Origin: an uncultured Gemmatimonadales bacterium | GTDB taxonomy: Bacteria; Gemmatimonadota; Gemmatimonadetes; Gemmatimonadales; GWC2-71-9 | Assembly (NCBI GenBank): GCA_963798915.1 | Contig: CAWCVB010000007.1 | Location: 32,001-96,000, forward strand | Direction of reading: 5' to 3' | Length of the DNA stretch: 64,000 bases | Shown here: positions 44,865-55,359 of the stretch, piece after piece | How positions within the stretch are numbered: the first letter of the stretch is position 1 | How the letters are laid out: the number at the start of each line of letters is the position of its first letter | Notes under the pieces: model-generated | Told to the model about the DNA's origin: nothing | Database searches by the model: none | Seen by the model: the letters and a program-made list of their open reading frames with translations, nothing else | Made by a program: the position numbers and the translations under genes

Positions 44865-44876
44865 GTGGTTCAGTAT
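44853..44876. promoter_or_regulatory. Palindromic operator overlapping the ArsR start codon
   Basis: ATACTGAACCA-TG-TGGTTCAGTAT, perfect 11-2-11 inverted repeat. Confidence 0.8.
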
Positions 44877-44911
44877 ACAGCATGGCGTGACGGCATGCAA
44901 TGGGGGGCTGA

Positions 44912-45608
<697 letters not shown>

Positions 45609-45612
<4 letters not shown>

Positions 45613-45648
45613 AACGACAGGCAGATCAGCTGCATTTGCGTGTTAGAC
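45609..45648 (-). other. Collapsed attC site abutting the IS110 end
   Basis: GTCTAAC-ACGCAAATGCAGCTGATCTGCCTGTC-GTTAG; 14-bp end complementary to 46121-46134. Confidence 0.72.
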
Positions 45649-46107
45649 AGCTCGCTCGCGCTCCGACCGCCACTCGATGTATCGACCTGCCAAGGAAATC
45701 AGAAGTGTGCTCAAGGCGACCAAGTCGAGCAGCAGCACCCAAAGCGTGTCCAGGCCAACGATGGGGCCCATATGCATGCCCACGACCGCGAGCACCAGCG
45801 TCCACGGCACCAGGACGAGCAGCGCGACGAGCGCCCCGATGGGCCGCCACCACGAGCGACGCTCTGACCACGGTCGCAGCGCCACATAGATCACCACAAG
45901 CGCCGCTGCGCTCAGGCCCAAATGCCAAGGCAGGTCTCTTGGCCCGTTGTGGTGATAGCTAGGGAGCCCTATGGGGCGCGGAACAAAGGGATCTCGTCCC
46001 CACGCATCCCACAGTCCCCATACGACAAGGAGCCACAGCAGCAGAAGCCCGTACTTGCGCAAGAAGACGGCACCTGCACTGACTTCGCGCTCCTCACCAC
46101 TGCGCAC
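45643..46107 (-). CDS. Cassette-borne membrane protein
   Basis: 4 TMs; starts just after attC R'; stop TAA lies inside the next R'' box. Confidence 0.7.
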   Translation of the reverse strand: MRSGEEREVSAGAVFLRKYGLLLLWLLVVWGLWDAWGRDPFVPRPIGLPSYHHNGPRDLPWHLGLSAAALVVIYVALRPWSERRSWWRPIGALVALLVLVPWTLVLAVVGMHMGPIVGLDTLWVLLLDLVALSTLLISLAGRYIEWRSERERAV

Positions 46108-46127
46108 GGATGCCCTCCTCGCGAGCT

Positions 46128-46235
46128 GTCTAACGATCAGAGCGTAAGCTGCAAGCCACGCGCCCGGCACGCACCGGAGGAGCGGGGCGGACTCCTGGCG
46201 CGCGCAGTCTTGGCAGCTTCACGCCCAAGCCAGGC
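46128..46235 (-). other. attC site with mutated R'' (GCCTGGC)
   Basis: Arms GCGT(G)AAGCTG / CAGCTTACGC, R' GTTAGAC. Confidence 0.7.
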
Positions 46236-46710
46236 TGCACAGTTACCGCTGCTGACGACTGAAATACCGGCCTTGCTGAAGCTGCTTCGGCCAGGTATGA
46301 AAGCCAGGAGCGAACAACTCCAAGCGCGTGGCAGCATGTCGCTCGTCCACTCGTCTGAGTTTGTCCACGGCAAGTAGTCACGCGCATCTCGCAGGAAGTC
46401 CAGCCCATGATCGGCATCCAGGTCGGCCGCGCGCAGGTTGAGGTGGTTCTGATACCACGCGTAGGCCTGTCCGAACTGCTGAGGTGGAAGGCTCGCCATG
46501 AAACGCCGGTCCAACGTCGCGAGTACTCCTTAGGTCGCTCCTCGGGTTCAGCGGCTCGTTAGCCAGCAGGCGCAATGAAGCGAGAATCGGCGTACTCACG
46601 CGAGCACAGATCCGTGCGCGCCAGCACCGAAATGCGTCGCGTCGCGTCCATGCTGCAGCAAGCGTCAATACTCTCGTTGATTGTCCGCGCCAGCCGAGCC
46701 ATTGCCTGCC

Positions 46711-47619
46711 TCAGTTGTCTACGAGGGTAACCTGCAGCCCGCCGAGCGCTTTCCGCGCGATGGAGACGCGTCCCGCTTCTCCCGGCTCGAGAAGACCTCG
46801 ATCGGCGAGAAAGCGCCTAGCGTCCCCAACAGAGCGGACGCCGATCACAATCTCCCGCATGCCGGCCTTCTCCGCCTCGACCAGCCGAATGGCAGGGCCG
46901 TCGCCGAAACTGAACAGGCCGGCCGATTCCTGCGCCGGGCTGGCGATCAGGTTCCGCCACTGCTCGGCAGCTTTCGCCAGGTCGGTCACCCCAAGCACGA
47001 TCTCCTTCACCGCGATTACCCCGAGGGGCCCACCATGTCGTCGGACCAGATCATCATGCGCGACCTTGTGAACCTCGTGGATTCCTTTCCGATCGGGGTA
47101 ATCGCAAATGAAGACGACGCTTGCTGGGCCGAGGCCGGTGAGATCCGTATTGATCCATCCTATGACCTCAGCGCCGGTAGAATCCTTATAGTGGGTCACC
47201 TCTGACGTCGAATGGCTGATCCCCCGGCGATTGAGCTCCGCGACCGCAGCTTCAGTATCGCCAACGGGCTCGAATGCGAGGCTCTTCCACTCCGTTGGAA
47301 GAGTTTCGCCCTTGCCAACCGCCCAGGTCACCAGTTCCAGCACCGTATTCCCGACCGAGAGCCCCCCGCTGGCAAAGTTCCCATAGCTCTTGTAAGGCCA
47401 TGCCACCGCCAGACCCAGCGTGTCGCGGAAGAAATTGAAATGCGATTCCGCCTGGGGAGACGTCGCGAAGAAGTGGTCCACTCTCGCGAGGAGTGGCGTT
47501 CGGGCCGCGGAGGCATCTAAGGAAAGCTTGGCGTCATCCCTGCGCTGAGTTGCGTCCCGTCCGCAGGCCACAACAGCAAGGCTGAACAGCACAGCAGTGA
47601 CCTGCCTGGCCTTCGCCAT
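46711..47619 (-). CDS. VOC/glyoxalase-like lipoprotein
   Basis: Lipobox VVAC, RVDHFF, FASGGLSVGNTVLE. Confidence 0.75.
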   Translation of the reverse strand: MAKARQVTAVLFSLAVVACGRDATQRRDDAKLSLDASAARTPLLARVDHFFATSPQAESHFNFFRDTLGLAVAWPYKSYGNFASGGLSVGNTVLELVTWAVGKGETLPTEWKSLAFEPVGDTEAAVAELNRRGISHSTSEVTHYKDSTGAEVIGWINTDLTGLGPASVVFICDYPDRKGIHEVHKVAHDDLVRRHGGPLGVIAVKEIVLGVTDLAKAAEQWRNLIASPAQESAGLFSFGDGPAIRLVEAEKAGMREIVIGVRSVGDARRFLADRGLLEPGEAGRVSIARKALGGLQVTLVDN

Positions 47620-47924
47620 CGTTGCCTCCTTGCGCGACCGGCGAGGGTCGAGCTTGCGCGCATTGAACGACTCGGAGCGCTTTCTGGCGGTATGCATCTG
47701 CGATCGCGAGGGCCCGCTCAGCATACGCGAGGACGCCACTCCCGACGGGGACGCTCGGTGAGCGCGAGGCCGAGTCCGCGAAACTGGGTGCTCGGTTACG
47801 CGCGGATCGCGCTCGGAGCCGCATTCCTGTCCGGCATCGCCGACCGCTTCGGTCTGCGCGTCTATCCGCTGAGCCACTGCCGCCACTGTGAAGCGTCCGC
47901 AACACACCGGAACGGGGGTGGGTA

Positions 47925-49007
47925 TCAGGGCGACCGGCCAGGCGCTCCCAGCACCCCCTCGGCGTCCACGATCTCCACCCCCTGCATCTGCCCCAGCAGG
48001 CTGCCGAACCAGGGCTTGTGCGAGGATCCCACGATGCAGAGCACGCGCGCTCCCGGCAACTTCCGGAATGCGGCCCGGACGTTGGCGACCATTCGGAGGT
48101 TACGGGTCTCCCATCCCCCAACATAGATTCGGCCGTAGCGCTGTGGAGACGGCTCGCCCAAGGCGGCTCCGAAGTCGGCGGCCACGACGACACGCAGGTA
48201 CGCGGGGCTGTTTATATACCGGTAGAGGGCCAGCATGTCGCCCGTCTTCACCAGCTCGTCCTCGTGCTCGACTGCCGACGCCGCCGACGGGTCGGCGGCA
48301 TTCCACGCCTGCTGGATCGCCCGCCCGAAAGCGGCCGCGTCAGGCACGTCGAGATGGTCACCGGTGTGGTCATCGACGGAAAACACGCGCTCGAGCCCCA
48401 GCCGAGCGGCCAGCCGCGCACCCAGGAGGTAGTTCTCGTTCCGGCGCGAGGCGAGGCTGTCGAGCAGGGCCGCCAGGGTGCCATCGAGGCCGTCGCCGCC
48501 ATGACGCTCGGTCGGGGGCAGCCGGAGCCACTGCACCAGGGCGGAGGGCGAATCGCCGGCGCTCAGGAACAGAGACGCCAGGTGTCGGCGCAAGCCCGGG
48601 CCAGGGAGTGCCGGCCACGCCTCCAGGGTTGCGTCCACCCGGGCCAAGGCCTCGGGAACATCCAGGCCAGTGGATGCACTGGCCGCCATGGTGCTCCAGC
48701 AATACCGGTTCATGGTGCTGGCATAGGCGGCGTGGCGGAGCGCCATGAACGCGCATTGCTCGCCGGAAAGGCGCTCGATAGTGATGATGTCGGGTTTGAA
48801 CGCCGCCAGGCGGTCGAGCACGGGCTCCAGAGACTCGGGGAGCCCCGCATCCTGCACGGTGGACAGATGCGTTGTTCCAAGCACCAGGATCTGCGCCGGT
48901 GGCCCGGCCAGCTTCCGGTCCAAGTTGGAGAGATCGATCTGCGCCCGCGCCAGGCCGGGTGAGGCAAGTGTCAGGATCAGGGCCCAGATCGTGAGCCGCG
49001 TAGTCAT
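47925..49007 (-). CDS. Secreted DUF5694-like protein
   Basis: ILVLGTTHL, WETRNLRMVAN, IVGSSHKPW. Confidence 0.78.
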   Translation of the reverse strand: MTTRLTIWALILTLASPGLARAQIDLSNLDRKLAGPPAQILVLGTTHLSTVQDAGLPESLEPVLDRLAAFKPDIITIERLSGEQCAFMALRHAAYASTMNRYCWSTMAASASTGLDVPEALARVDATLEAWPALPGPGLRRHLASLFLSAGDSPSALVQWLRLPPTERHGGDGLDGTLAALLDSLASRRNENYLLGARLAARLGLERVFSVDDHTGDHLDVPDAAAFGRAIQQAWNAADPSAASAVEHEDELVKTGDMLALYRYINSPAYLRVVVAADFGAALGEPSPQRYGRIYVGGWETRNLRMVANVRAAFRKLPGARVLCIVGSSHKPWFGSLLGQMQGVEIVDAEGVLGAPGRSP

Positions 49008-49382
49008 GAATCCACTCCGGGCGACTATCCTGGGTGTCAGAGCCCGATTGTCACATTTGTTCGACGTTAGCCGAATGTCAACTCGCCGGCCATACCGGAG
49101 TCTTCGAGTTTCTCGATCGCTCGCGCGCTCAGATCTCACCACCCCGCAACGCTCGTCCCGTCCATGCGTCTGGCAGGCGGAGGTCACGCCTGCCTTCGAG
49201 CCGGATGCGGTGCCAGAGCGAGTCCGCAAGGCAGCGGCCAGATACATGAGTTCGCGGTCGTAGTCGCGGTCGCTCGGATCCCATCCCTTGTGTGCCGTGG
49301 TTGCGTAGCGCTGGAGAAAGTGGCCGAGCTCCTGCTGGAGCTTTTTCCCGCGATTGCTCATCGATCCTCGATCGCAAGGGCC

Positions 49383-49442
49383 GTCTAACGCCCAGCATCA
49401 GCGGCGCCGCGAAGCGCCGTCCGCTGCATGCTGTTGTTCGGC
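49383..49442 (-). other. attC site (60 bp)
   Basis: GCCGAAC..CAGCAT(G)CAGCGG(A)CG...CGCCGCTGATGCTG..GTTAGAC, two unpaired bases. Confidence 0.88.
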
Positions 49443-49483
49443 AGCACCGCGCTTGCATCTCAGCACGAACAGTTGCTTCCGGC

Positions 49484-49864
49484 TCAAGAGCCCGCGTCCT
49501 TGGCCTTAAAAGGAACGACCTCGACCGTCCCCTCCGGAAACTCGACAGTGAAGTTCAGAAGCTCGCCGTCGACCGCCTCGATATACTGCGCGAGCGTGCT
49601 CATCAGCAGGTCGCCACGTTTTTCGATCTGTGAGATTGCTGACTGCGTACGCCCAAGCCGGGCCGCCATCTCCTCCTGCGAAATCTGGCGCGCTTCGCGC
49701 AGCTCTCGTAAGCGCGGGCCGGTGATGAGGTCCTGTCGGCTTTCAGCGGATTGCTCGCGCCACCCTGGATCGACCTTATCTCGAAAATCGCCCAGCAGTT
49801 TCTTGCCCTGGCTGATCGCATCTTTTTCGATGGGCGTCAGTCTGTCCCACAATTTCTTGGCCAT
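49484..49864 (-). CDS. XRE-family HTH protein (orphan antitoxin-like)
   Basis: LRELREARQISQEEMAARLGRTQSAISQIEKRGD. Confidence 0.85.
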   Translation of the reverse strand: MAKKLWDRLTPIEKDAISQGKKLLGDFRDKVDPGWREQSAESRQDLITGPRLRELREARQISQEEMAARLGRTQSAISQIEKRGDLLMSTLAQYIEAVDGELLNFTVEFPEGTVEVVPFKAKDAGS

Positions 49865-49941
49865 GATTGCTCCTCGGTGTTTGTTCGGCTATCTCTCCGG
49901 AGGTTCGACATAATCGGCCACTCAGAGGCCGCCCAGAACAG

Positions 49942-49970
49942 AACATAAGGTCTGAGTGATATAATGTCAA
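49942..49970 (-). promoter_or_regulatory. Sigma70 promoter
   Basis: TTGACA-N17-TATGTT in an AT-rich patch upstream of the XRE gene. Confidence 0.7.
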
Positions 49971-50049
49971 GCTTATACAGAATGAATCGCCCAAGGGGCT
50001 TCTGGGCTCGTCGGCAGCAAGCGCCTGTTTGGCACTAACCGTCGCGCAG

Positions 50050-50370
50050 TCGAGCAGTAGCGTCGAGTCCGCGCCAACCGTGATGAGGCGTGTCGGGCGT
50101 TCGTATTCGGCGGGGCCGCGACCGGTGCGGCCGACTTGTTCCACCGCTCCAGACGGAAAATCAGCAACGTACAAAGCTCGCTCTCGCGGATCGATGACGA
50201 GCACCCGACCATCGGGAAGCGCTCGGACCGAGGACACGCGGGTGAACTCATGCGCGGCCGAGTCACGCGGAGGCTCTAGCGCGAGGAGCGGCGATTCGGC
50301 ACCCGCGAGCGAGCTGGCTGCGAGAAGCTCGGCAGTCGGAACAATCGGCGAGAGTACGCGCATCCTTTGA
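50050..50370 (-). pseudogene. 6-bladed beta-propeller fragment
   Basis: VRALPDGRVLVID, GRTGRGPAEY, ADSTLLLD; ends next to a half attC at 49998-50033. Confidence 0.6.
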
Positions 50371-50689
50371 TGACCACTGCGCAATCTCGATATTCATGAA
50401 CTTGGGGTCATGGAGAAGGTTTTTCGAGCCTTCAGCTCTTCTGGTTGGAGTGCGGAGTGGCCGGGCGCGCCCGCCCATTCATGGTAGACGCCGAGGTCGA
50501 TATCGAATGCGGCTCCTGTCGCCCAGGGTCGGATCTGCGTGTGACATTTGCGCCGCCGCGGCGCTGGGTTTGCGTTTCACTGGCCCGCCCAATACGTCGG
50601 GGTAACGGGCGGCTGTCGCCGCCATATCGGCGTGCACGCCGGTGAGCGGGCGTGAGGGGAACGCCGCCAGGATGTCGGCCGCAGCCGAA

Positions 50690-51235
50690 GGCAACCTGTT
50701 GCCGCGGCAGTGCGACACCCCGCCAGACAAACTCTTCCCCAACGATGTTCAGCACAAAAAAAGGGAGCCACGCGCTGAGAATTCAGTACCGGCCGGGACC
50801 GAGCGGCTCGAAAGCCATGAAGGAGGGACGAAAATTCTTCCCGTCTTGCAGCATCCGCAGCGCGACGCCGATGCCGCCGGTAAGTGCAACGACGGCCGCC
50901 AGCCCTCCAACAGCCCAGAGCCAGTCGGCGCCATTCATCGGGCGAAGCCACAGCCGCGCACCCAACGAACCTAGCCTTCCTGGACGCCGTTCTCGATACA
51001 ACAGCAGGGCAGCCGTGAGAAGCAGGGGGCCAAAAAGGACGATGCTTGCGGCCAAGAACCACATCACCACCGTCTCAGCCCCGGTGGCGGAGACGAACGC
51101 CGGGACGGCTACCCGCGTAGTCAGGAACAGCAGCAGAGCCCCGGCCCCGAACAGCGCAGCAGAGCCGCCCAGGCCCATCGGAGGAACCCGATCAGGCTCC
51201 GGCCCTTCGCGCCTTTCAAAACCATTGGCTGACAA
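50690..51235 (-). pseudogene. CAAX/Abi (CPBP) protease cassette gene, frameshifted and truncated
   Basis: TM helices, then NIVGEEFVWRG in another frame. Confidence 0.65.
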
Positions 51236-51256
51236 TGGCCATTCTCCCGCCCGTAC

Positions 51257-51327
51257 GCCGAACGCTTTGCGCTTGAGCCGTGAGGGCGTGCGGCCTACGC
51301 CCTCGTCGGCTCCAAGCGCGGTTAGGC
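51257..51327 (-). other. attC site (71 bp)
   Basis: GCCTAAC-CGCGCTT(G)GAGCCG..GAGGGCGT...ACGCCCTC.CGGCTCAAGCGC..GTTCGGC. Confidence 0.82.
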
Positions 51328-51349
51328 CGTCTATGCCTGTGCCGGCTGG

Positions 51350-52001
51350 GGCGTACCAGCCATAGTAGCGTGTGGTGACCTGGCCCTTGTCCGGGATGTG
51401 CACCAGCACCCGCGCGAGGAACGCTCTCGGATCGAGCGTCTCGGTGCCCGCCGTCGGCCCCTCGGCCTTGTCCAAGCGATACGTCACCGTCTTCGCCGCG
51501 CGGTCGTAGGTCAGCCGCTCCAGTGCAAGGGGATTCCGCGCACAGTAGCGGGCCAACCGGGTCGCGAACCCGGCGCGCGCCCACCGAGGCCAGCCGCCGG
51601 TGGACCTCGCTCCTGCGGCAGATCTTTGAGGTCGACCCGCTCCGCTGCCCCACCTGTCACGGGACCATGCGGATCGTGGCGGTCATCACCCAGCGGTCGG
51701 TGATCGATCAGATCTTGGCGCACCTCGGCACCCGCACCACTGCCGCGGCACGGAGCCCGCCGTCCACTCGGGCGCCGGCGCCTTGGGGCCCGCCGAGTCG
51801 ACGCACGGCCACGCCGGCGTCCTGACAGACCGTGACCTCGCAGGACCGAATGTCACCGCGGCCCCCGACCCGCCGCGAGGCCAAATGGACCAGCGAAGAC
51901 CCGAGCCAACACCCCAACGGCCCCACCCGCACCGCCGGCAGGCCGGTGACGCGGCGCCCGGAGCTGCGGTACCTTCGGGTGACCAGGATTGAAATTCCTA
52001 T
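51350..52001. mobile_element. IS91-like (Y2/HUH) transposase remnants in opposite orientations
   Basis: Minus 51350-51570: RLARYCARNP...HIPDKGQVTTRYYGWYA; plus 51572-51825: LLRQIFEVDPLRCPTC...IDQILAHL. Confidence 0.75.
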
Positions 52002-52015
52002 TCGGTCCGAATCGT

Positions 52016-53080
52016 TCACGGCCCTGCCGCCGAACGCTCCAGCGATGGGTCACCCATCTTCCAATCAAAGGGCGGTCCCTTGTTGATGCTGTAGACCATG
52101 AGCCCCACCTCAGACGAGATAACGTCCTGGTCCGTCATCAGCGCCAGTTGCTTCTCGGCCTTATCCACCTGCCCCTGGATCATGGCGCGCTGGGAGGCCG
52201 GCATCGCGGCAATTTGCTGTTTCAGCTTTTCCATATCGGTCCGGGCCTTTGCCATCTCCCGCTGCTGCTTCGGATCGAGTTGCGACCCGCCCATGAGACC
52301 AGTAATCCCCATCAACTGGCTGCGCGGCTCGTACATCGTCCCGACCTCGGCGTAGTTCCACTGATTCAGCTCGATCTTGATGGGCATCGACTGGTCCTTT
52401 TTCTTCATGCTGCCGAACACCCGGAGCTGGAGCTGGACAAATTTCTCGGTGTCAATCCATAGACTGATCTTGTCTACCACAAACTCTGCCTCCCCAACCT
52501 GCCGGGGCGAGAGGTCCGAGAGGCCCTCGGCGACCAGAAGGAACGCGGGCCGTCCCCCGAAGACCGTGTTCGTGCCCACCAGCCTGGCCCGCTGCGCGAA
52601 AGCGGCGACTCCCATTGCCTGGTCGGTCGCATCCTGCCGTCCATCGTTTTCCCGGTAGCTGGCCGCCTGCGCCAGGAACCCCGGAAAGGTGGCCATCGCC
52701 TCATCGATCTTGGCACTCGCCATCCCACTGCCTGGAACGCCGGCGATGGACTGCTTCATCGCGCCGCCGATCATGCCGACCAGCGGACCCATTTGCGCTG
52801 CCGCCGCCTGCAGGTCGATGTCATTGGCGGCGTTTCGGGAGTCCCGCTTGGCCCACTCTGAGATGGGAACCAACCGGTAGAGCGGGACGCCGCCGCTACC
52901 CGGGAAGCCCTCGTAGTAGAGCGGTGCCTCTGCTCCACCGTTCACCTTGATGATGATGGTGTAGTTGCGGACGGTGGCCATCCGGTCCATCTGCTTTGCG
53001 GCGGCGGTCGCAAGTATTTCCTGGGCGGTTTGCTGCGGTGCCGCCGCAACGATGGCGGCGAGAGCAATAGTGGCGAGCAT
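52016..53080 (-). CDS. Secreted hypothetical protein
   Basis: Signal peptide MLATIALAAIVAAA, RBS GGAGG; Met/Gln-rich helical segments. Confidence 0.82.
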   Translation of the reverse strand: MLATIALAAIVAAAPQQTAQEILATAAAKQMDRMATVRNYTIIIKVNGGAEAPLYYEGFPGSGGVPLYRLVPISEWAKRDSRNAANDIDLQAAAAQMGPLVGMIGGAMKQSIAGVPGSGMASAKIDEAMATFPGFLAQAASYRENDGRQDATDQAMGVAAFAQRARLVGTNTVFGGRPAFLLVAEGLSDLSPRQVGEAEFVVDKISLWIDTEKFVQLQLRVFGSMKKKDQSMPIKIELNQWNYAEVGTMYEPRSQLMGITGLMGGSQLDPKQQREMAKARTDMEKLKQQIAAMPASQRAMIQGQVDKAEKQLALMTDQDVISSEVGLMVYSINKGPPFDWKMGDPSLERSAAGP

Positions 53081-53130
53081 GGAGCCTTCCTCCGACGGGG
53101 CAGGGTGATGACGCAACTCGGATCTGGCCT

Positions 53131-53161
53131 CCTGAACGCATTCGAGACCCGAAGCCCGCCA
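53131..53161 (-). promoter_or_regulatory. ECF promoter motif copy 1
   Basis: TGGCGGG-CTTCGGGTCTCGAATG-CGTTCAGG. Confidence 0.8.
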
Positions 53162-53180
53162 CGGCGCCCGGCATCGGAGA

Positions 53181-53211
53181 TGGCGGGATTGGGGCCGGTC
53201 ATGCGTTCAGG
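53181..53211 (+). promoter_or_regulatory. ECF promoter motif copy 2
   Basis: TGGCGGG-ATTGGGGCCGGTCATG-CGTTCAGG. Confidence 0.8.
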
Positions 53212-53238
53212 GAGGCATCCCCTCACCACGGAGTCGAC

Positions 53239-53865
53239 ATGCCCTCCAGGTACACACGCAAGGTGCTCCTCGCAGCCTCGCTCCTGATGGCCCTACCGGC
53301 AGTGGTCGGCGCCCAATCAGGGCCCGCCGCCCTCCAGGTCTGGCTGGACGGCCGCACCGCCCGGATGGCGCCGAAAGGAGTCACTGCCTCGATTGGACAG
53401 GTACTCAATCAGAAGACAGTGATCAAGGCGAAGCTGGACGGGACGCTCAGCGCCGTGCTGTTCATGGCGCTGGTGAAGAATGGAAAGGTCGTCTGGCAAT
53501 CGGAGTCGAAGCCGTTCAATATCCCGGCGTCATCCGCAGGGTCCTCAGGGGGTGCGTTACTTGGACATTTACTGCCCGGAGATCAGTTCCTGCCCGGTGA
53601 TCAATTCCTGCCAGGGGATCAGTTCCTCCCAGGGGATCAGTTCAGCGCGATCCAGGATCACTCGGGCTCCTACTACTCTTCAGCCGCCAAGCAGGTCCCC
53701 GCATCCTCCTTCGCCACGGACGCCGGCAAGATGATCATCGACGGGGTCTTTCCTGACGTGCCACCCTCGATCAAGAGCGGGCGCGTGCTGCTGGTGGCCG
53801 TCGTCCCTGCCTCGACGCACGAGCGGAATGGCGCCTACGCTCTTCCGATGTTCATCGGGCTGTAG
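53239..53865 (+). CDS. Secreted protein with internal (LPGDQF)x4 repeat
   Basis: Signal peptide ending VVGA-Q, RBS GGAG, 208 aa. Confidence 0.82.
   Translation: MPSRYTRKVLLAASLLMALPAVVGAQSGPAALQVWLDGRTARMAPKGVTASIGQVLNQKTVIKAKLDGTLSAVLFMALVKNGKVVWQSESKPFNIPASSAGSSGGALLGHLLPGDQFLPGDQFLPGDQFLPGDQFSAIQDHSGSYYSSAAKQVPASSFATDAGKMIIDGVFPDVPPSIKSGRVLLVAVVPASTHERNGAYALPMFIGL
53572..53643 (+). repeat. 18-bp coding tandem repeat x4
   Basis: CTGCCCGGAGATCAGTTC, CTGCCCGGTGATCAATTC, CTGCCAGGGGATCAGTTC, CTCCCAGGGGATCAGTTC. Confidence 0.95.
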
Positions 53866-53920
53866 TCACCCGGAGGGGACGGCTCCACGCGGCCGGAGCC
53901 GTCCCAGACCCAGGCCTCGC

Positions 53921-55237
53921 TCAGGAATCGAGCCGCACCAGGTCCACCCGTCGGTTCTGCGCCTTCCCCTCCGGCGTGTCGTTGCTGGCCACCGGCTTGG
54001 ACTCGCCGAACCCCATCGCCTCCAGGCGTGCCGCGTCGATGTTCATTTCGGTCACGAGATACTCCATCACCGCCTTGGCGCGGCGCTCCGAGAGGTCCTG
54101 GTTGAATTCCGTGGTGCCGTCGCTGTCGGTGTGTCCCTCGATGGCGATGCGCAGATCGGGATTTCCCTGCAGCATCATGCCGATCTCCAGGAGCGTCGGC
54201 GTCGACTCGGGACGGATGCGCGCGCTGTTGGTGGCGAAGAGCACCCCCTGGGTGCTCACCCTGCCCTCCTCGACCAGCCGGTCGTAGAGGTCGCGGCCCC
54301 CGCCGGCCACCCGCACCGGCCCGATCAGGATCGGATGCTCGGCGCCCGCCGACCCGACGGCCATGAAGAGGGTGTCGCTCCGGGGAAAGACGGCATTCGG
54401 TACGTTGGCCACGCGCCGTTCGCCGAGGTAGACCTTCATGTGCTCGCCGTCGGCCATGACCCGTACCGAGGCGATCACGTCCCTCGTCGCGGCGGCCTCC
54501 ACGGTCGTCAGCACCTCTGGCCCAGCCCCGCCGACCGGCATGAGTCCTGCGCGGGTCATGGCCACGGCCACCACGGAACCCTGGTAGGTACGGGCCGGTC
54601 CCTGGAACGCCCGGCCTGGCATGAGGCGCACATAGGCGTTGCCATGGGTGAGATTGACGCTGTACTCCACCGTGAACTGGTCCGGGAGTGTTGCCGGCAG
54701 CGGGATGGCGAAGATCCCCCCGGACGTGGCGCGGACGTAGCGCATTCCCTCGACGTCCACGATTTCGAAGCTCCCCTGGCTCAGCACGAACCGCCGCGGG
54801 AAGTCTCCCACCACGTCGCGGGTGTAGTCGTCGTAGAAGAGGATCTTGTCGCCGGGCTGGAAGTCGTAATTGGCCCAGGCGCCCTCGCCCGGCCGTGAGA
54901 CGCCGCCGGAGGTCTCGGCGATGCGCGCGCCCTCTTCCGGATCGGAAACCGGTTTCCCCTTCTTGTCGAGCAACACCTCTCCCTCATCATCGGTCAGGAC
55001 GACGTCCTTCCCGGACTTCTCGGCGTCGTTGATGCACCGGAGGTTGTCGAAGGCGCACTGCACCGAGCCCCGGACAATCTTGTCCACCTGGCTGTTGGTT
55101 TCCGATTCCGCCGCCTCCTTGACCGTCTTCTTGAGATTCTTGAAGAACTGGGCATCGGCCCGGTCGGGGGAGAGCAGGAGGGCGAGGAGGATCAAGGCGA
55201 CCCCCACAGCGAGGGGCGGGCGCCGGATGGAAGGCAT
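53921..55237 (-). CDS. Exported OmpA/MotB C-terminal domain protein
   Basis: Signal peptide; IEGHTDSDG, NQDLSERRA, GFGES, NRRV. Confidence 0.9.
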   Translation of the reverse strand: MPSIRRPPLAVGVALILLALLLSPDRADAQFFKNLKKTVKEAAESETNSQVDKIVRGSVQCAFDNLRCINDAEKSGKDVVLTDDEGEVLLDKKGKPVSDPEEGARIAETSGGVSRPGEGAWANYDFQPGDKILFYDDYTRDVVGDFPRRFVLSQGSFEIVDVEGMRYVRATSGGIFAIPLPATLPDQFTVEYSVNLTHGNAYVRLMPGRAFQGPARTYQGSVVAVAMTRAGLMPVGGAGPEVLTTVEAAATRDVIASVRVMADGEHMKVYLGERRVANVPNAVFPRSDTLFMAVGSAGAEHPILIGPVRVAGGGRDLYDRLVEEGRVSTQGVLFATNSARIRPESTPTLLEIGMMLQGNPDLRIAIEGHTDSDGTTEFNQDLSERRAKAVMEYLVTEMNIDAARLEAMGFGESKPVASNDTPEGKAQNRRVDLVRLDS

Positions 55238-55282
55238 CGGATGTCTCCTTGCATGACGGTAACGCGAACGGCCCTTCCCCAT

Positions 55283-55313
55283 CCTGAACGGATTGGGAAG
55301 ACGATTCCCGCCA
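55283..55313 (-). promoter_or_regulatory. ECF promoter motif copy 3
   Basis: TGGCGGG-AATCGTCTTCCCAATC-CGTTCAGG. Confidence 0.8.
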
Positions 55314-55359
55314 CGGAGATTCCGGCCCCGGCTGGGGGGTGGGAAGGGGCTGCGAGGGC

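Noticed and set aside
47925..49361. 478-aa ORF as one protein
   Set aside because: The signal peptide starts at 49007; the upstream part is a truncated cassette start joined to unrelated fragments.
53572..53643. CRISPR array or DGR repeat
   Set aside because: No spacers, in-frame coding repeat, no cas or reverse transcriptase gene in the window.
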